From: Eledone cirrhosa
Lineage: Eukaryota
DNA: 64,000 bases
Reading direction: 5' to 3'
NCBI GenBank assembly: GCA_964016885.1
Contig: OZ024747.1
Location: forward strand, 17,670,001-17,734,000
The translations under genes and the position numbers were made by a program. Shown here one piece after another: positions 16,294-28,857 of this stretch. The notes below the pieces were generated by a model. That model was not told where the DNA came from. It saw only the letters and a list, made by a program, of their open reading frames with translations, and searched no databases. Position 1 is the first letter of the stretch; every line of letters starts with the position of its first letter.

Positions 16294-17049
16294 TCACTCA
16301 CTGTCTCTATGTCTTTCCCTCTCACTCACACAGCGGCACATACATACATATTCCGAAATCTTTAATTACGCTCGCACTCATATGCACATACGTAGACATG
16401 GAGAGATACCAACATAAACACACATGCAGACGCACACACACGCATACACACACAAGAACCCACATATAGTACACGCGTGCGCGCACACTTATACACATTA
16501 TAACTGCAGTTTTTCAATCACATTCCTCACCTCATTCTGCGTCACATCTGCCGGTCATATCTTTGTTGGATGATGCAGAGATAGTTTAAGATGATATCGA
16601 AACCAAAAGTGACAATCTAGAACAAATTTCAAGACTTTGCGAATATTTTATTTTTCCGTACGTCATTCATTCAACTTTCTGTATAGCACCACCTAGCTGA
16701 ATTATTTAATTGTATGGTATTCAGCCAATCGAGTTACGTCCCTTAGATTCCTTATAAAGACTGATCTTAATTTATCTCTTTTTCTGAAATCAACTGAAAC
16801 GCCACTAGCTACCTTGAAAAATCGTTTGTGATTGATAATTAAGTAATTACAGGCTAATGAAACATTTACACTGGTTCTGTCGTCGCTAGAGTGTTTTATT
16901 TTACAGGATAGCCGATTATTGTCCGTAGGCGAAGTGGAAGACAATGAATTAATTCTAATCGTCATTAGTTCCGAAATTTGCCATAGTTGAATTCCGTTTG
17001 TAATTTTGTGATTGGTTAAAGAAATTTCTTATTGTTATAAGTTTCATTG

Positions 17050-17552
17050 TTTGTTGTTTTCATTATTTGTAGGGAGGTGGGGGCGGTGGATTGGCAGTAT
17101 CGGTAGAGGGTCGGACTCCATGCTTTGCAGCATAGAGTTACGGTCCTTTATGATCTGAGTTCAAATCCCGCCGAGGTTAACTTTGCCTTTCGTCCTTACG
17201 GGGTCGATAAAATAAAGTACCAGTCACACACTGGGGCCGATTTAATCGACTTTCCCTTCCCCTCAAATGACTGGCCTTGTGCCTATATAAGAAACCATTA
17301 TTTGTTGTTTTCATTATTTGTAGGGAGATGGGGGCGGTGGATTGGCAGTATCGGTAGAGGGTCGGACGCCATGCTTTGCAGCATAGAGTTACGGTCCTTT
17401 ATGATCTTAGTTCAAATCCCGCCGAGGTTAACTTTGCCTTTCGTCCTTACGGGCTCGATAAAATAAAGTACCAGTCACGCACAGGGGTAGATTTAATCGA
17501 CTTTCCCCTCCCCCTCCAAATTACTGGCCTTGTGCCTATATAAGAAACCATT
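17050..17552 (+). mobile_element. Tandem pair of full-length SINEs separated by a duplicated flank
   Basis: TTGTTGTTTTCATTATTTGTAGGGAG precedes both copies. Confidence 0.9.
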
Positions 17553-17711
17553 ATTTATTGTTTTCGTTTTATTTGCATAGGAGAGAAATTGGTGGGAAAT
17601 CTATTTTCCCTTTAACAATTAAAACACTTTTATTTTTCGTCACCTAGTTATTTCTGGGAGGGTCGTGAAGGCAAAGTCCTCAGGGACGCCTTTCGAAGTT
17701 CCAATCACAAA

Positions 17712-17900
17712 TAACTGTTTCTACTTTAGGCACAAGGCCAGCATTTACCCAGTGCATTACTGGTACTTTATTTTATCGACCCCGTAAGGATGAAAGGCAA
17801 AGTCAACCTCGGCGGGATTTGAACTCAGATCGTAAAGGGACGTAACTATGCTGGAAAGCATGGCGTCCGACCCTTTACCGATACTGCCAATCTACCGCAC
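17712..17900 (-). mobile_element. tRNA-derived SINE (dominant family, short variant)
   Basis: Reverse-complement core and B-box GGATTTGAACTC. Confidence 0.9.
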
Positions 17901-18110
17901 CGTATCCAATTGATCCGGCTGGATTCCCAAGGGAGATGCACCGGGATCATGGATTTTATCCAACCTCATCTCGCTTGTGGTCCACCTCTAGGTCTCCTGT
18001 CGATTGGCTCTGCTCATAAAATCTGTCCATCTATTCTTTCTTTATATATTCCAGCCACATGTCCAAAGTAGCGGAGATGTGATATCTCGATTCGGGATAA
18101 GTAGCAGCAT
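17901..18110 (-). pseudogene. Decayed 3' fragment of an RTE-type LINE ORF
   Basis: Minus strand reads SRIEISHLRYFGHVAG...IL*AEPIDRRPRGGPQAR, resembling the LRWFGHV...RRPRGRP..RW C-terminal motif. Confidence 0.65.
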
Positions 18111-18112
18111 AT

Positions 18113-18128
18113 AGCCTTGAATGATACC

Positions 18129-18178
<50 letters not shown>

Positions 18179-18526
18179 CTCTCTCGCCTGGAAAGAAGAT
18201 GAGCTGTGTCAGATTTAAACTAACCAAGACATGTATGTAATGACATTGACCTTACGACTCCTACAGTAGTTACTGACATACATACAATATTGTTGTACTG
18301 TGAGCCTTGAATGATACCTAATCTCTCTCTCTATCTATCTATCTATCTATCTATCTCTCTCTCTATCTATCTATCTATCTATCTCTCTCTCGCCTGGAAA
18401 GAGGATGAGCTGTGTCATATTTAAACAAACCAAGACATGTATGTAATGACATTGACCTTACGACTCCTGTGGTTACTGACATACATACAATATAGCCTTG
18501 AATGATACCTAATCTCTCTCTATATC

Positions 18527-18609
<83 letters not shown>

Positions 18610-18825
18610 CTATCTATCTATCTATCTATCTCTCTCTATCTATCTATCTCTCTCTCTCTCGCCTGGAAAGAAGATGAGCTGTGTCAGATTTAAACTAACC
18701 AAGACATGTATGTAATGACATTGACCTTACGACTCCTCCAGTAGTTACTGACATACATACAATATTGTTGTACTGTGAGCCTTGAATGATACCTAATCTC
18801 TCTCTCTATCTATCTATCTATCTAT

Positions 18826-18859
<34 letters not shown>

Positions 18860-18898
18860 CTATCTCTCTCTCTCTCTCTCTATTTATCTATCTATCTA

Positions 18899-18929
<31 letters not shown>

Positions 18930-19057
18930 CTCTCTCTCTCGCCTGGAAAGAGGATGAGCTGTGTCAGATTTAAACTAACCAAGACATGTATGTAATGACA
19001 TTGACCTTACGACTCCTCCAGTAGTTACTGACATACATACAATATTGTTGTACTGTG
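18113..19057. repeat. Four-copy tandem repeat with a constant core and a variable internal (TC)n/(TATC)n tract
   Basis: AGCCTTGAATGATACCTAA at ~18113, 18303, 18494 and 18778, each followed by a microsatellite and then CGCCTGGAAAGA...GACATACATACAATA. Confidence 0.92.
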
Positions 19058-19214
19058 GTTTGTGTTACTTCGTGCTTCTTCAGTGATAATTAACTGGAAC
19101 TATATAATGAAATGCGTTGTAATTTTCAACACAATAGAAGGATGGGGGGTTGCTATTTCTTTTAGGTGATGTGACCATGTAATAGATCCCTCATTAAAAA
19201 CGATTAAAAGAGCA

Positions 19215-19221
19215 ATAACAA

Positions 19222-19315
<94 letters not shown>

Positions 19316-19319
19316 GGTA

Positions 19320-19396
<77 letters not shown>

Positions 19397-19670
19397 ATTT
19401 AGTTGCTATTGTTCATTTTGATTCTGACACATGGTTGTAGCAGTACTAGCGTACAATTACTACTATTACTACTACTACTACTACTACTACTGATGATGAT
19501 GATGATGATGATGATGTTGTTATTGAGGATGATGCAACTACTACTACTACTACTATTACTACTACTATTACTACTGCTACTGCAACTTCTACTGCTGCTC
19601 CTATTACTATTACTGTTGCAGCTACTGCTACTGTTGCTATTACATCTACTATTACAGGTAGTACTACTGT
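19215..19670. repeat. Trinucleotide repeat field (CAG, TAG, CTA, GAT)
   Basis: Directly visible. Confidence 0.95.
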
Positions 19671-20064
19671 TCTTTAAGTGCCACATCTTGTAAACGCTGT
19701 TTCTTCTAATACAAAGAATATGTCAACATAACTTTCGAGAGTATCACACGTTTTTAACCTAATATTTAACTTAGTTTCGATCAGAAAATTATGTCTTCGA
19801 TCGGAATGTTGATATTTAAGCGACAAATTGATTGAGTCGTTACATCCTCAGATATGAGATCTAATCGCTTCCTGGCCAACTTTGCTTTTCATTTCTCCAG
19901 GATCGATAGCGGTAGAAGTTCGTAGCTCCGGATTTCTAAACGAGTGGGTATGTACGTACCAACTTTTCTTTAAAATGTTGGATGTTGAGCCCACATAATT
20001 AAATATCCCATGGTTTGATGTAACTTATGTTGAATTATCAGCCGCTCACTGATAGGTTTGGCGT

Positions 20065-20440
20065 CGAACTTGAACCCGCCGGAGTTAGCTTTGCCTTTCA
20101 TCCTTAGGGGGTCGATGAAATAAAGCACCGGTAATGCTCACGGGTCGATTTAATTGACTTTTCCCTCCCCTAAAATTGTTGGCCTTCTGCCTAAATCAGA
20201 AACCCTTATTATTTTATATTTAAGAGTGTTGGATTGGTAGTATCGGTAGAGCGTCGAACAACATGCTTTGTGGCATATGCTTACGTCTCGTTACGTTCTG
20301 GATTCAAACCCCGCCGAGCTAAGATTTGCCTTTCATTCTTACGGGGTTGATAAAACAAAGTACTGATAACGAGCTGGAGTCAATTTAAACGACATTTCTC
20401 TCCCAAAAATGGTTGGCCTTGTGCCTAAAGCAGAAACCAT
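20065..20440 (+). mobile_element. Two diverged SINE copies
   Basis: Core TTTGCCTTTCAT.CTTA.GGGGT.GAT.AAA appears twice. Confidence 0.8.
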
Positions 20441-20823
20441 TTCATATTTTATGAGTAATATATAATTATACGTTTAAGAATGGCTTTGTTTGTTGATAAA
20501 TTGTCTTACTTAATATCTTCACTGTTGTTCTATAAATGAATATATATTTATATTGATACATACATACTTATATTCACACATACAGTCATACATACATACA
20601 TACATACATACATACATACATACATACATACATACATACATACATACATACATACATACACACACACGCGCACATATACATACATATGTAGGTAAGTGTG
20701 GAGGATAGGGGTGTAGGGGGTATGGAAGTAAGGAGGTAGGTAGACAAATAAAATATTTAGATAGATAGATAGACAGACAGACCGACCGACAGATATACAG
20801 ACAGGCAGATAGATAGATAGATG

Positions 20824-20873
<50 letters not shown>

Positions 20874-20875
20874 GA

Positions 20876-20940
<65 letters not shown>

Positions 20941-21399
20941 ATGAATATTGACTGCAATTCAGTTACATCTTCGTACTACGTGATTCCATGTTCATGAGAA
21001 AAACAAAGAGGCAGAGAGAATGAGATAGTGATAGGGGGAGGGAAGAGATGAGTGAGCTAAAAACCAGTTAAATACAAATAGCAATGCGTATACAAAGCAA
21101 AGAAGAAGATGTATACGGAAGTAAAAATATCTGATTAATTTGCTGCAGAGCTATATTGAAAAATATAATTCAATTTCCCTTGAAACGTCTATCAACATAT
21201 TTTTTCGATTATTAATTAATTTAATTATCTAATGTGACGGTCTTTTTGTGTTAATTACCTGTATTAATGATGACAACAACAATTCCATAAGTATAATTGA
21301 GTAGTTTCACATCCTCCAGAGTGCTGTGAATTCGTGTGGAATTTCAATGAGATTCTTGCAAAATATATACACAAACACACACAGAAATGCACATACACA

Positions 21400-21433
<34 letters not shown>

Positions 21434-21534
21434 ATACAGAGAGACAGACAGACAGAGAGAGAGGGGGAGAGAGAGGGAGAGAGATAATTTTATATTCATT
21501 TATATATTTGCATTATATATTATTTTATATTAAT

Positions 21535-21722
21535 AATTGTTTCTACATTTGGCACAAGGCCAGCAATTATCCAGTACATTACTGGTACTTTATTTTATCG
21601 ACCTCGTAAGGATGAAAGGTAAAGTTAACCTCGGCGGGATTTGAACTCAGATCGTAAAGGGACGTAACTATGCTGGAAAGCATGGCGTCCGACTCTCTAC
21701 CTATACTGCCAATCCACCGCCC
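21535..21722 (-). mobile_element. tRNA-derived SINE
   Basis: Reverse-complement core; TATTTTATAT.AATAAT on both flanks. Confidence 0.9.
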
Positions 21723-21981
21723 TATTATTTTATATAAATAATGATAATAATAATGGTTGCTACTTTAGGCACAAGGCCAGCAATTTAGATGTGTGTATGT
21801 GTGTGTGTGTATGTATATACATGCACGGAACGAAGACGTTACCCAAGGTTTCAAAGCATAAATTTGACTATACCTCCAGTAAGCAAAAAACATGAAATTA
21901 GTGACCTCACTTCAAGCGCTTATACCAGTTCCAAGAGCATAAATAAATAATATAATATATATATATATATATACATATATA

Positions 21982-22294
21982 GATCCCTTCTTCCTCCAGT
22001 TAGACATGTACGGAATTCCTTCCTTGCTCATATTCCAACCAGGTTTGATGGTCTTTATTCTCTCTCGTTCACGATTTCACCGAACTTATATTCATGGAAA
22101 TTTGGGACTTGACTCCTTCTTCCTCACTTTTCGTTGCTTCACCATCTTTGTTTGTTTACACTCTCGTGTCCCCTTTATTTACGTGTCCCAACGACATTTT
22201 TTAGCCGTTGCTCGCACCAACCGGAGGTATATGGTCTTTAAAGCGATGAAATACCAATGATGGTTGGAAGATCACTGATGAAGGACTAACTTTA

Positions 22295-22298
<4 letters not shown>
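21982..22298 (+). mobile_element. (TA)n-embedded diverged monomer related to the 8789-10300 tandem unit
   Basis: GAGGTATATG.T.TTTAA.GC.ATGAAATACC.ATGA..GTTGG.A.ATCACTGATGA.GGACT is shared. Confidence 0.7.
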
Positions 22299-22353
<55 letters not shown>

Positions 22354-22499
22354 GGGCGGTGCAGCTGGAAGACTTGACGCCCCCCCCCCCCCCAATAATT
22401 ATAATTTCCTCCCCAAACTTCCAAAACACAGATCTATTTGTATATGCGCTACAATTTATGTACATGTAGAGACAGATGGGAGATGTATATATAGAGAGA

Positions 22500-23165
22500 G
22501 GGGGGAGGTAGTGAGATTGGTGTTTATTGATATAGAAAGGGGTATTCGAAGAGAGTACCGAGTAGTAGATATAGAGAGGATGATAGTTTGGTGCTAATTG
22601 ATATAGAAAGGAGGATTGGAGGAGAGTTCCGAGTAGTAGATATAGAGAGGATGATAGTTTGGTGCTAATTGATATAGAAAGGAGGATTGGAGGAGAGTTC
22701 CGAGTAGTAGGTATGGAGAGGATGATAGTGTGGTGCTAATTGATATAGAAAGGAGGATTGGAGGAGAGTTCCGAGTAGTAGGTATGGAGAGGATGATAGT
22801 GTGGTGCTAATTGATATAGAAAGGAGGATTGGAGGAGAGTTCCGAGTAGTAGGTATGGAGAGGATGATAGTGTGGTGTTAATTGAAATAGAGAACGGGAT
22901 TGAAAGAGAGTTCCGTGTAGTAGTTATAGAGGGGGGAGAGTTTGGTGTTAATTGATATAGAGGGGAGGATTGGAAGAGAGTTCCGTGTAGTAGTTATAGA
23001 GGGAGGGAGAGTTTGGTGTTAATTGATATAGAGAGGAGGATTGGAAGAGAGTTCCGTGTAGTAGTTATAGAGTGAGGGAGAGTTTGGTGTTAATTGATAT
23101 AGAGAGGAGGATTGGAAGAGAGTTCCGTGTAGTAGTTATAGAGGGAGGGAGAGTTTGGTGTTAAT
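22500..23165. repeat. ~71-bp purine-rich minisatellite, ~9 copies
   Basis: AGAGTTCCG(A/T)GTAGTAG...TGGTG(C/T)TAATTGATATAGA recurs at ~71-bp spacing. Confidence 0.92.
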
Positions 23166-24168
23166 TGGATGTATTAGAAGACGGTGTTGTTATGGTTAAT
23201 GGGGAGAAGTTGATTAGTTCGATAGATATATGAAAGATCTCAAAGCTACATCATGTGATACATATTGAGAAAACACAGTATGGACTGTTTACTCTTAGCT
23301 GGATCATAGAAGCTTTTTGCAGTTGATGATTACTGTGAATGCTCTGGTGATATAATAGGAGGGAGTAGAATTAAAGTTGGCGTTGAAGAAGGGTTTGTGT
23401 TGTGAGATTGTTTTGTGTGTGTAATGTAGATAATGAAGTAAGAAATGCTATATTATATGGATGTAGATTTTAAACGAACTGTAAATGCATGCGCATGCAT
23501 TAAACCATCCCGTCCCCCTCACGCTTCCATATATAAATATGTACAAACGTAAAACACACATGTACTTGCTAATAACCAAGCAAGCAGCGGACTACCATGG
23601 CAACAGACCAATAATTGAAACCAATAATGCAAAATAAAATAAATGTATGGATATTCATAAAAAAAGAAATAGAAAGTTATACAAACACGCAATCATGCAG
23701 TTAGCTGGATAGAAATATGTGTATGTATCTTTAGTGCATTGATGATTGAGAGACCAAGCAATTAACTAAGAATACTTATGTAAAATCTTAGCCTGTTGTC
23801 TTTTGAGCTAAATATCTCTATTGGGGGCCTGGCAGAATATGTAGAAATTGTTAATAAGTAGAAATGGAGGAGAATGTAACTATACGAATAATTTGTATCT
23901 CAGTACAATGTACTTAGCGGCAATATAAATATAATATAAATTGAGCAGCAGCTACACGATTACTAACATGAATATATATATATAATTTACTCTAAAAACA
24001 TAAATAAATATAAATAAAAATAAAAATAAAAATAAACTATAGCTTTGTAGAATTAGCTTTTAATGAATTCCCTTTTCTATCAACCAATGACCTGCACCCA
24101 TCCCACTCCCCACCCTCTCCTACCACTTGTAGAGATCTATAAATACCATATTTATTTTTTTGATACCC

Positions 24169-24219
24169 AGATTCCTGATGATTTCTAATGAATGAAACAG
24201 TTCTAGTCCTGTAGAATCT
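24169..24219 (+). ncRNA. Type I hammerhead ribozyme motif (copy 1)
   Basis: Stem I AGATTC/GAATCT, CTGATGA, short stem II TTC/GAA, GAAAC, stem III ACAG/CTGT, GUA triplet. Confidence 0.75.
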
Positions 24220-24407
24220 CTTCTATATTAAAACTGTTATACTCTGCTATGTATTGAGTACCTTACTTACTGTGGTTACCTCCGATTCAACCCGGAATAA
24301 CGTATATATATATATATATATATACGTTATTCCGGGTTGAATAGGAGGTAACCACAGTAAGTAAGGTACTCAATACATAGCAGAGTATAACAGTTTTAAT
24401 ATAGATG

Positions 24408-24458
24408 AGATTCTACAGGACTAGAACTGTTTCATTCATTAGAAATCATCAGGAATCT
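24408..24458 (-). ncRNA. Type I hammerhead ribozyme motif (copy 2, inverted)
   Basis: Reverse complement of 24169-24219. Confidence 0.75.
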
Positions 24459-24520
24459 GGGTATCAAAAGATAAATAAATTGTAGAGACCTATAAATACC
24501 ATATTTATTTTTTGATACCC

Positions 24521-24571
24521 AGATTCCTGATGATTTCTAATGAATGAAACAGTTCTAGTCCTGTAGAATCT
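24521..24571 (+). ncRNA. Type I hammerhead ribozyme motif (copy 3)
   Basis: Same sequence as 24169-24219. Confidence 0.75.
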
Positions 24572-24583
24572 CATCTATATTAA

Positions 24584-24644
<61 letters not shown>

Positions 24645-24646
<2 letters not shown>

Positions 24647-24801
24647 AAGAGGGTGTGGGAAGATACCAGGTGGATCATAACGCAGCAGAGTACTCAATAC
24701 TTAGGGTAGTAGAGTGGGTAAGAGCAAAAGAGTCAGGACCCCGACGGATGAGCGCCGGCCGTTTCGACAGAGCTCAGCCGACGAGGTCCTGACTCTTTTC
24801 C
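24645..24801 (-). mobile_element. Family A Penelope-like module with fold-back end
   Basis: Homologous to 61913-62113; AAAAGAGTCAGGACC...GGTCCTGACTCTTTT inverted arms; TA runs on both sides. Confidence 0.75.
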
Positions 24802-25047
<246 letters not shown>

Positions 25048-25052
25048 ATACG

Positions 25053-25140
<88 letters not shown>

Positions 25141-25155
25141 TATATACATATATAT

Positions 25156-25439
<284 letters not shown>

Positions 25440-25487
25440 ATAATAATAAATTTGAAGACTAAAATCCAAAGAGGGCGCGATGAGGTT

Positions 25488-25538
25488 GGTTTCAGAAGAT
25501 CCCGTTAAGGGTGAAAGCAGCGATTCTTTGCTTAACTT
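25488..25538 (+). ncRNA. Second copy of the CAGAAGA hammerhead-like motif
   Basis: Near-identical to 12680-12750, including the AATAAA-(TA)n end. Confidence 0.5.
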
Positions 25539-25561
25539 TAATCTGTTATTTTAATAAATAA

Positions 25562-25619
<58 letters not shown>

Positions 25620-25625
<6 letters not shown>

Positions 25626-26033
25626 GTGAGGTTTTATTTTTACAAAATGAAAAATAACCGAGGTGTCCTACACGAGTGAAAGTATTAGGAAAAAAGATGA
25701 AATCAAAAATGCAACTGGAGTCTTTAAGAGATCCAGTTCGTCTTTTTCAAGACTTGGTATGTGTTTGAGAATTGGTTTTAGTAGTATGTCTATAAAGTTG
25801 CTTAGTCTGTGTGTTTCACATTGTGGGCCCGCTACAAGTGGTCTTAATTTAAGGTCTGTGGGGTATTGTGTGTTCACGCAGGTTGAGGTGGATTGTTTAC
25901 AGGCATTGTTAATTATTTTACACTTGTGGGTCTTCGGAAGTCCGTAAAGGCTGCTGGTTTTGTATTCAAAATGTGTCAAATAATCGCGTTTTTAAAAGAA
26001 GACTCCAGTTGCATTTTCGGTTTCATCTTTTTT

Positions 26034-26037
<4 letters not shown>
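25620..26037 (-). mobile_element. Penelope-like element fragment: RT N-terminal motifs bracketed by short inverted repeats, inside (TA)n
   Basis: ORF 25668-25979(-): LYGLPKTHK...LKLRPLVAGP.CETHRLSNFIDILLKPI...IPS, the Penelope RT YGLPKIHK/RPIV signature; AAAAGATGAAA..AAAATGCAACTGGAGTCTT inverted at ~25692 and ~26000-26031. Confidence 0.88.
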
Positions 26038-26107
<70 letters not shown>

Positions 26108-26159
26108 AACATGTACGTCCCAACGCAAATGGTCAGAATAATGATTTCTAAGTTAGGGA

Positions 26160-27071
26160 GTTTGGCACAAAGCTAGCAATTTTAGAGGAGGGTAAAATTC
26201 GATTAAATAAACCCATGTACATGATTTGTACTTCATATTATTGACCCAACATGATAAAAGACAAAGTACCTCGATGGGATTCATATCCAAAATATAAGGA
26301 ACCGGAACAAATACTATTACTCATTTGTTTGACGCACTAATGATTCTGCTAATCCTCTACCCTAACATATATCCATAATAATTGTTTCTACTTTTGTCAC
26401 AAGGCCAGTAATTATCCCAGTGCGTTACTGGTACTTTATTTTTATCGACCCCGTAAGGATAAAAGTAAAAGTTAAGCTGAGCGGGATTTGAACTCAGAAC
26501 GTAAAGGACCGTAACTCAATGCCACGATGCATGTTGTCTGACGCTCTACCGATACTGCCAAATCCATAATAATAGTCGATCAACATAAATAATATTTGAG
26601 AAAATAGGGTAACAGTACCCCTAGAGACGGAAAAACAGATCTCTATTAGAGAATGTAGCTCCAGATATATTATATCAGGAAAAATTATGAGAGAGGTGGT
26701 GATGGCTTAAATATAAGCTGTGGTGACAATCCTTCAATTGTATTTCCTATTTGATCATAAATCTGTTCGATCAGAGATGATTTTGAGATGAACAACTATT
26801 TTACCTCAAATTACGAAGCTAATACAACTAGAATTTCTTCCCTACACTTACAAATCTCTATTCCTGTAGTCATAGGTATAATTGTTTCTACTTTTGGCAC
26901 AAGGCCAGGAATTATCCCAGTGCGTTACTGGTACTTTATTTTATCGACCCCGTAAGGATGAAAGGCAAAGTTAACCTCAGCGCGATTTGAACTCTGACCA
27001 TAAAGGACCGTAACTCTATGCTGCAAAGCATGGTGTCTGGCTCTCTACCGATATTGCCAATCCACCGCCCT
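26160..27071 (-). mobile_element. Three SINE copies (old 26160-26360; 26380-26565; 26880-27071)
   Basis: Reverse-complement cores; ATCCATAATAAT TSD around the second copy. Confidence 0.85.
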
Positions 27072-27408
27072 ATAGACATAATGCACAGAAACATTATGCA
27101 ATAATATATACCATATGAAACCTTCTGTTTCCATATGTGTAGCACATAGTTAACAAATTATTAGCTGAATTCCTTCTTTCTTTCCTTTCACTGTCAACTG
27201 GCGGAGCATATCACTCTCCAGGGTTTGCAACAGTTGATTTCTTCCAAAGAGTAACAAACAAACAAACAAAAACATGTTAGATCCTAGTACAGATACGAAA
27301 AATGAAAAGCACAACAAATTATGAGAGCGCAGAAAGCGAAAAATACACTGAGAGTCTTTGTATACGGCGCTCTAAATATATAAATTCTCTTGTATTTAGT
27401 TTACATAT

Positions 27409-27490
<82 letters not shown>

Positions 27491-27957
27491 TTTATTCATT
27501 CATTCATTTATTCATTCATTCATTTATTCATTACATCATCAATCCTTCTATGTGTTTCTTTTCATGTGTCATTTCTCGTCATTTGACGTAGTCTATAAAC
27601 TAGTTGAATGTGTTGTATCTCATGAAATATGGTGTTTGAGAAATGACAAGAAAGAAGGTCTATTCCACAATTGTGTTATAAGCAAACGTTATCTTTTAAC
27701 ACAAGACAATACATATATCTTATTCAATGCTATTCCAATAGTTATATCATGTTTTATCTTACATAATAAGATGGAATGTTAATTTTACCAAGTGCTACGA
27801 CTTGAAAAGCACTATTCTGTTTTACTAGATCTAGCTATATCTATCTAAAACTTGCCCTCTCTCACTCTCTCTTTCTCCTTTTATCTGTCTCTCACTCTCT
27901 CTCTTCTCTCTCTCTCTCTCACTCTTTCTCTCATTCTGTCTTTCACTCTCTCTATCC

Positions 27958-28023
<66 letters not shown>

Positions 28024-28226
28024 TTCTCTATCTCTCTATATATCTCTCTGGTTCTTTCTCTCATTCTCTCTCTCACTCTCTCTCTCTATCCTTTTCTCTC
28101 TCATTATATATACAACATATAAACACACACGCACACTATATTCTAGTAAATTTATATTTATGTATATATATATATAGAGAGAGAGAGAGGGAAAGAAAAT
28201 AAGTGAAAGAAAGATATATATATATA

Positions 28227-28335
<109 letters not shown>

Positions 28336-28857
28336 GCATGCATATATACACACATACATACAAATATATACATATATGTATATGCATTTCTGCATATATA
28401 TATATATATGTATATGTGTGTGTGTGTATATATGTGTGTGTGCGTGTGTGTTTGTATGTGTGTTGTGCGTGTATATATACTTATGTGGAGTGTATTCGTT
28501 ACAAATGCATATTCTATAACTATTTATGAGAGAAACATGTTAAGCTTTTATATGTTAATACCTTCTATGTAGGATTTTTTATATAAATACTCATCTTTCA
28601 TTTTTACTAACTTGTTAAAATATAACCACGTAAATATAATCTATCTTTGCTCCATACTCTATTCGGGCGTCTGATATATTCGGACTATATTGACAAGGTA
28701 TAAATCATCAGGCGTGCCTGTTTGTGTTATTTCTATTTATATTATTTATTGGAAATATTCTTTCAATTCAGTTTTACATGTCTGCAGACAATCTGATCAA
28801 TTGCTCCTTTGTAGCCCATGAATTTAAAATTAATAATAATAGCAATAATAATAATAA

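Noticed and set aside
16530-17020. Possible promoter (CCAAT and CRE-like TGCGTCA/TACGTCA motifs)
   Set aside because: Such short motifs are expected by chance, and no linked gene is evident
18113-23165. CRISPR-like appearance of tandem arrays
   Set aside because: Spacers are microsatellites or absent, unit sizes are wrong, and the context is eukaryotic
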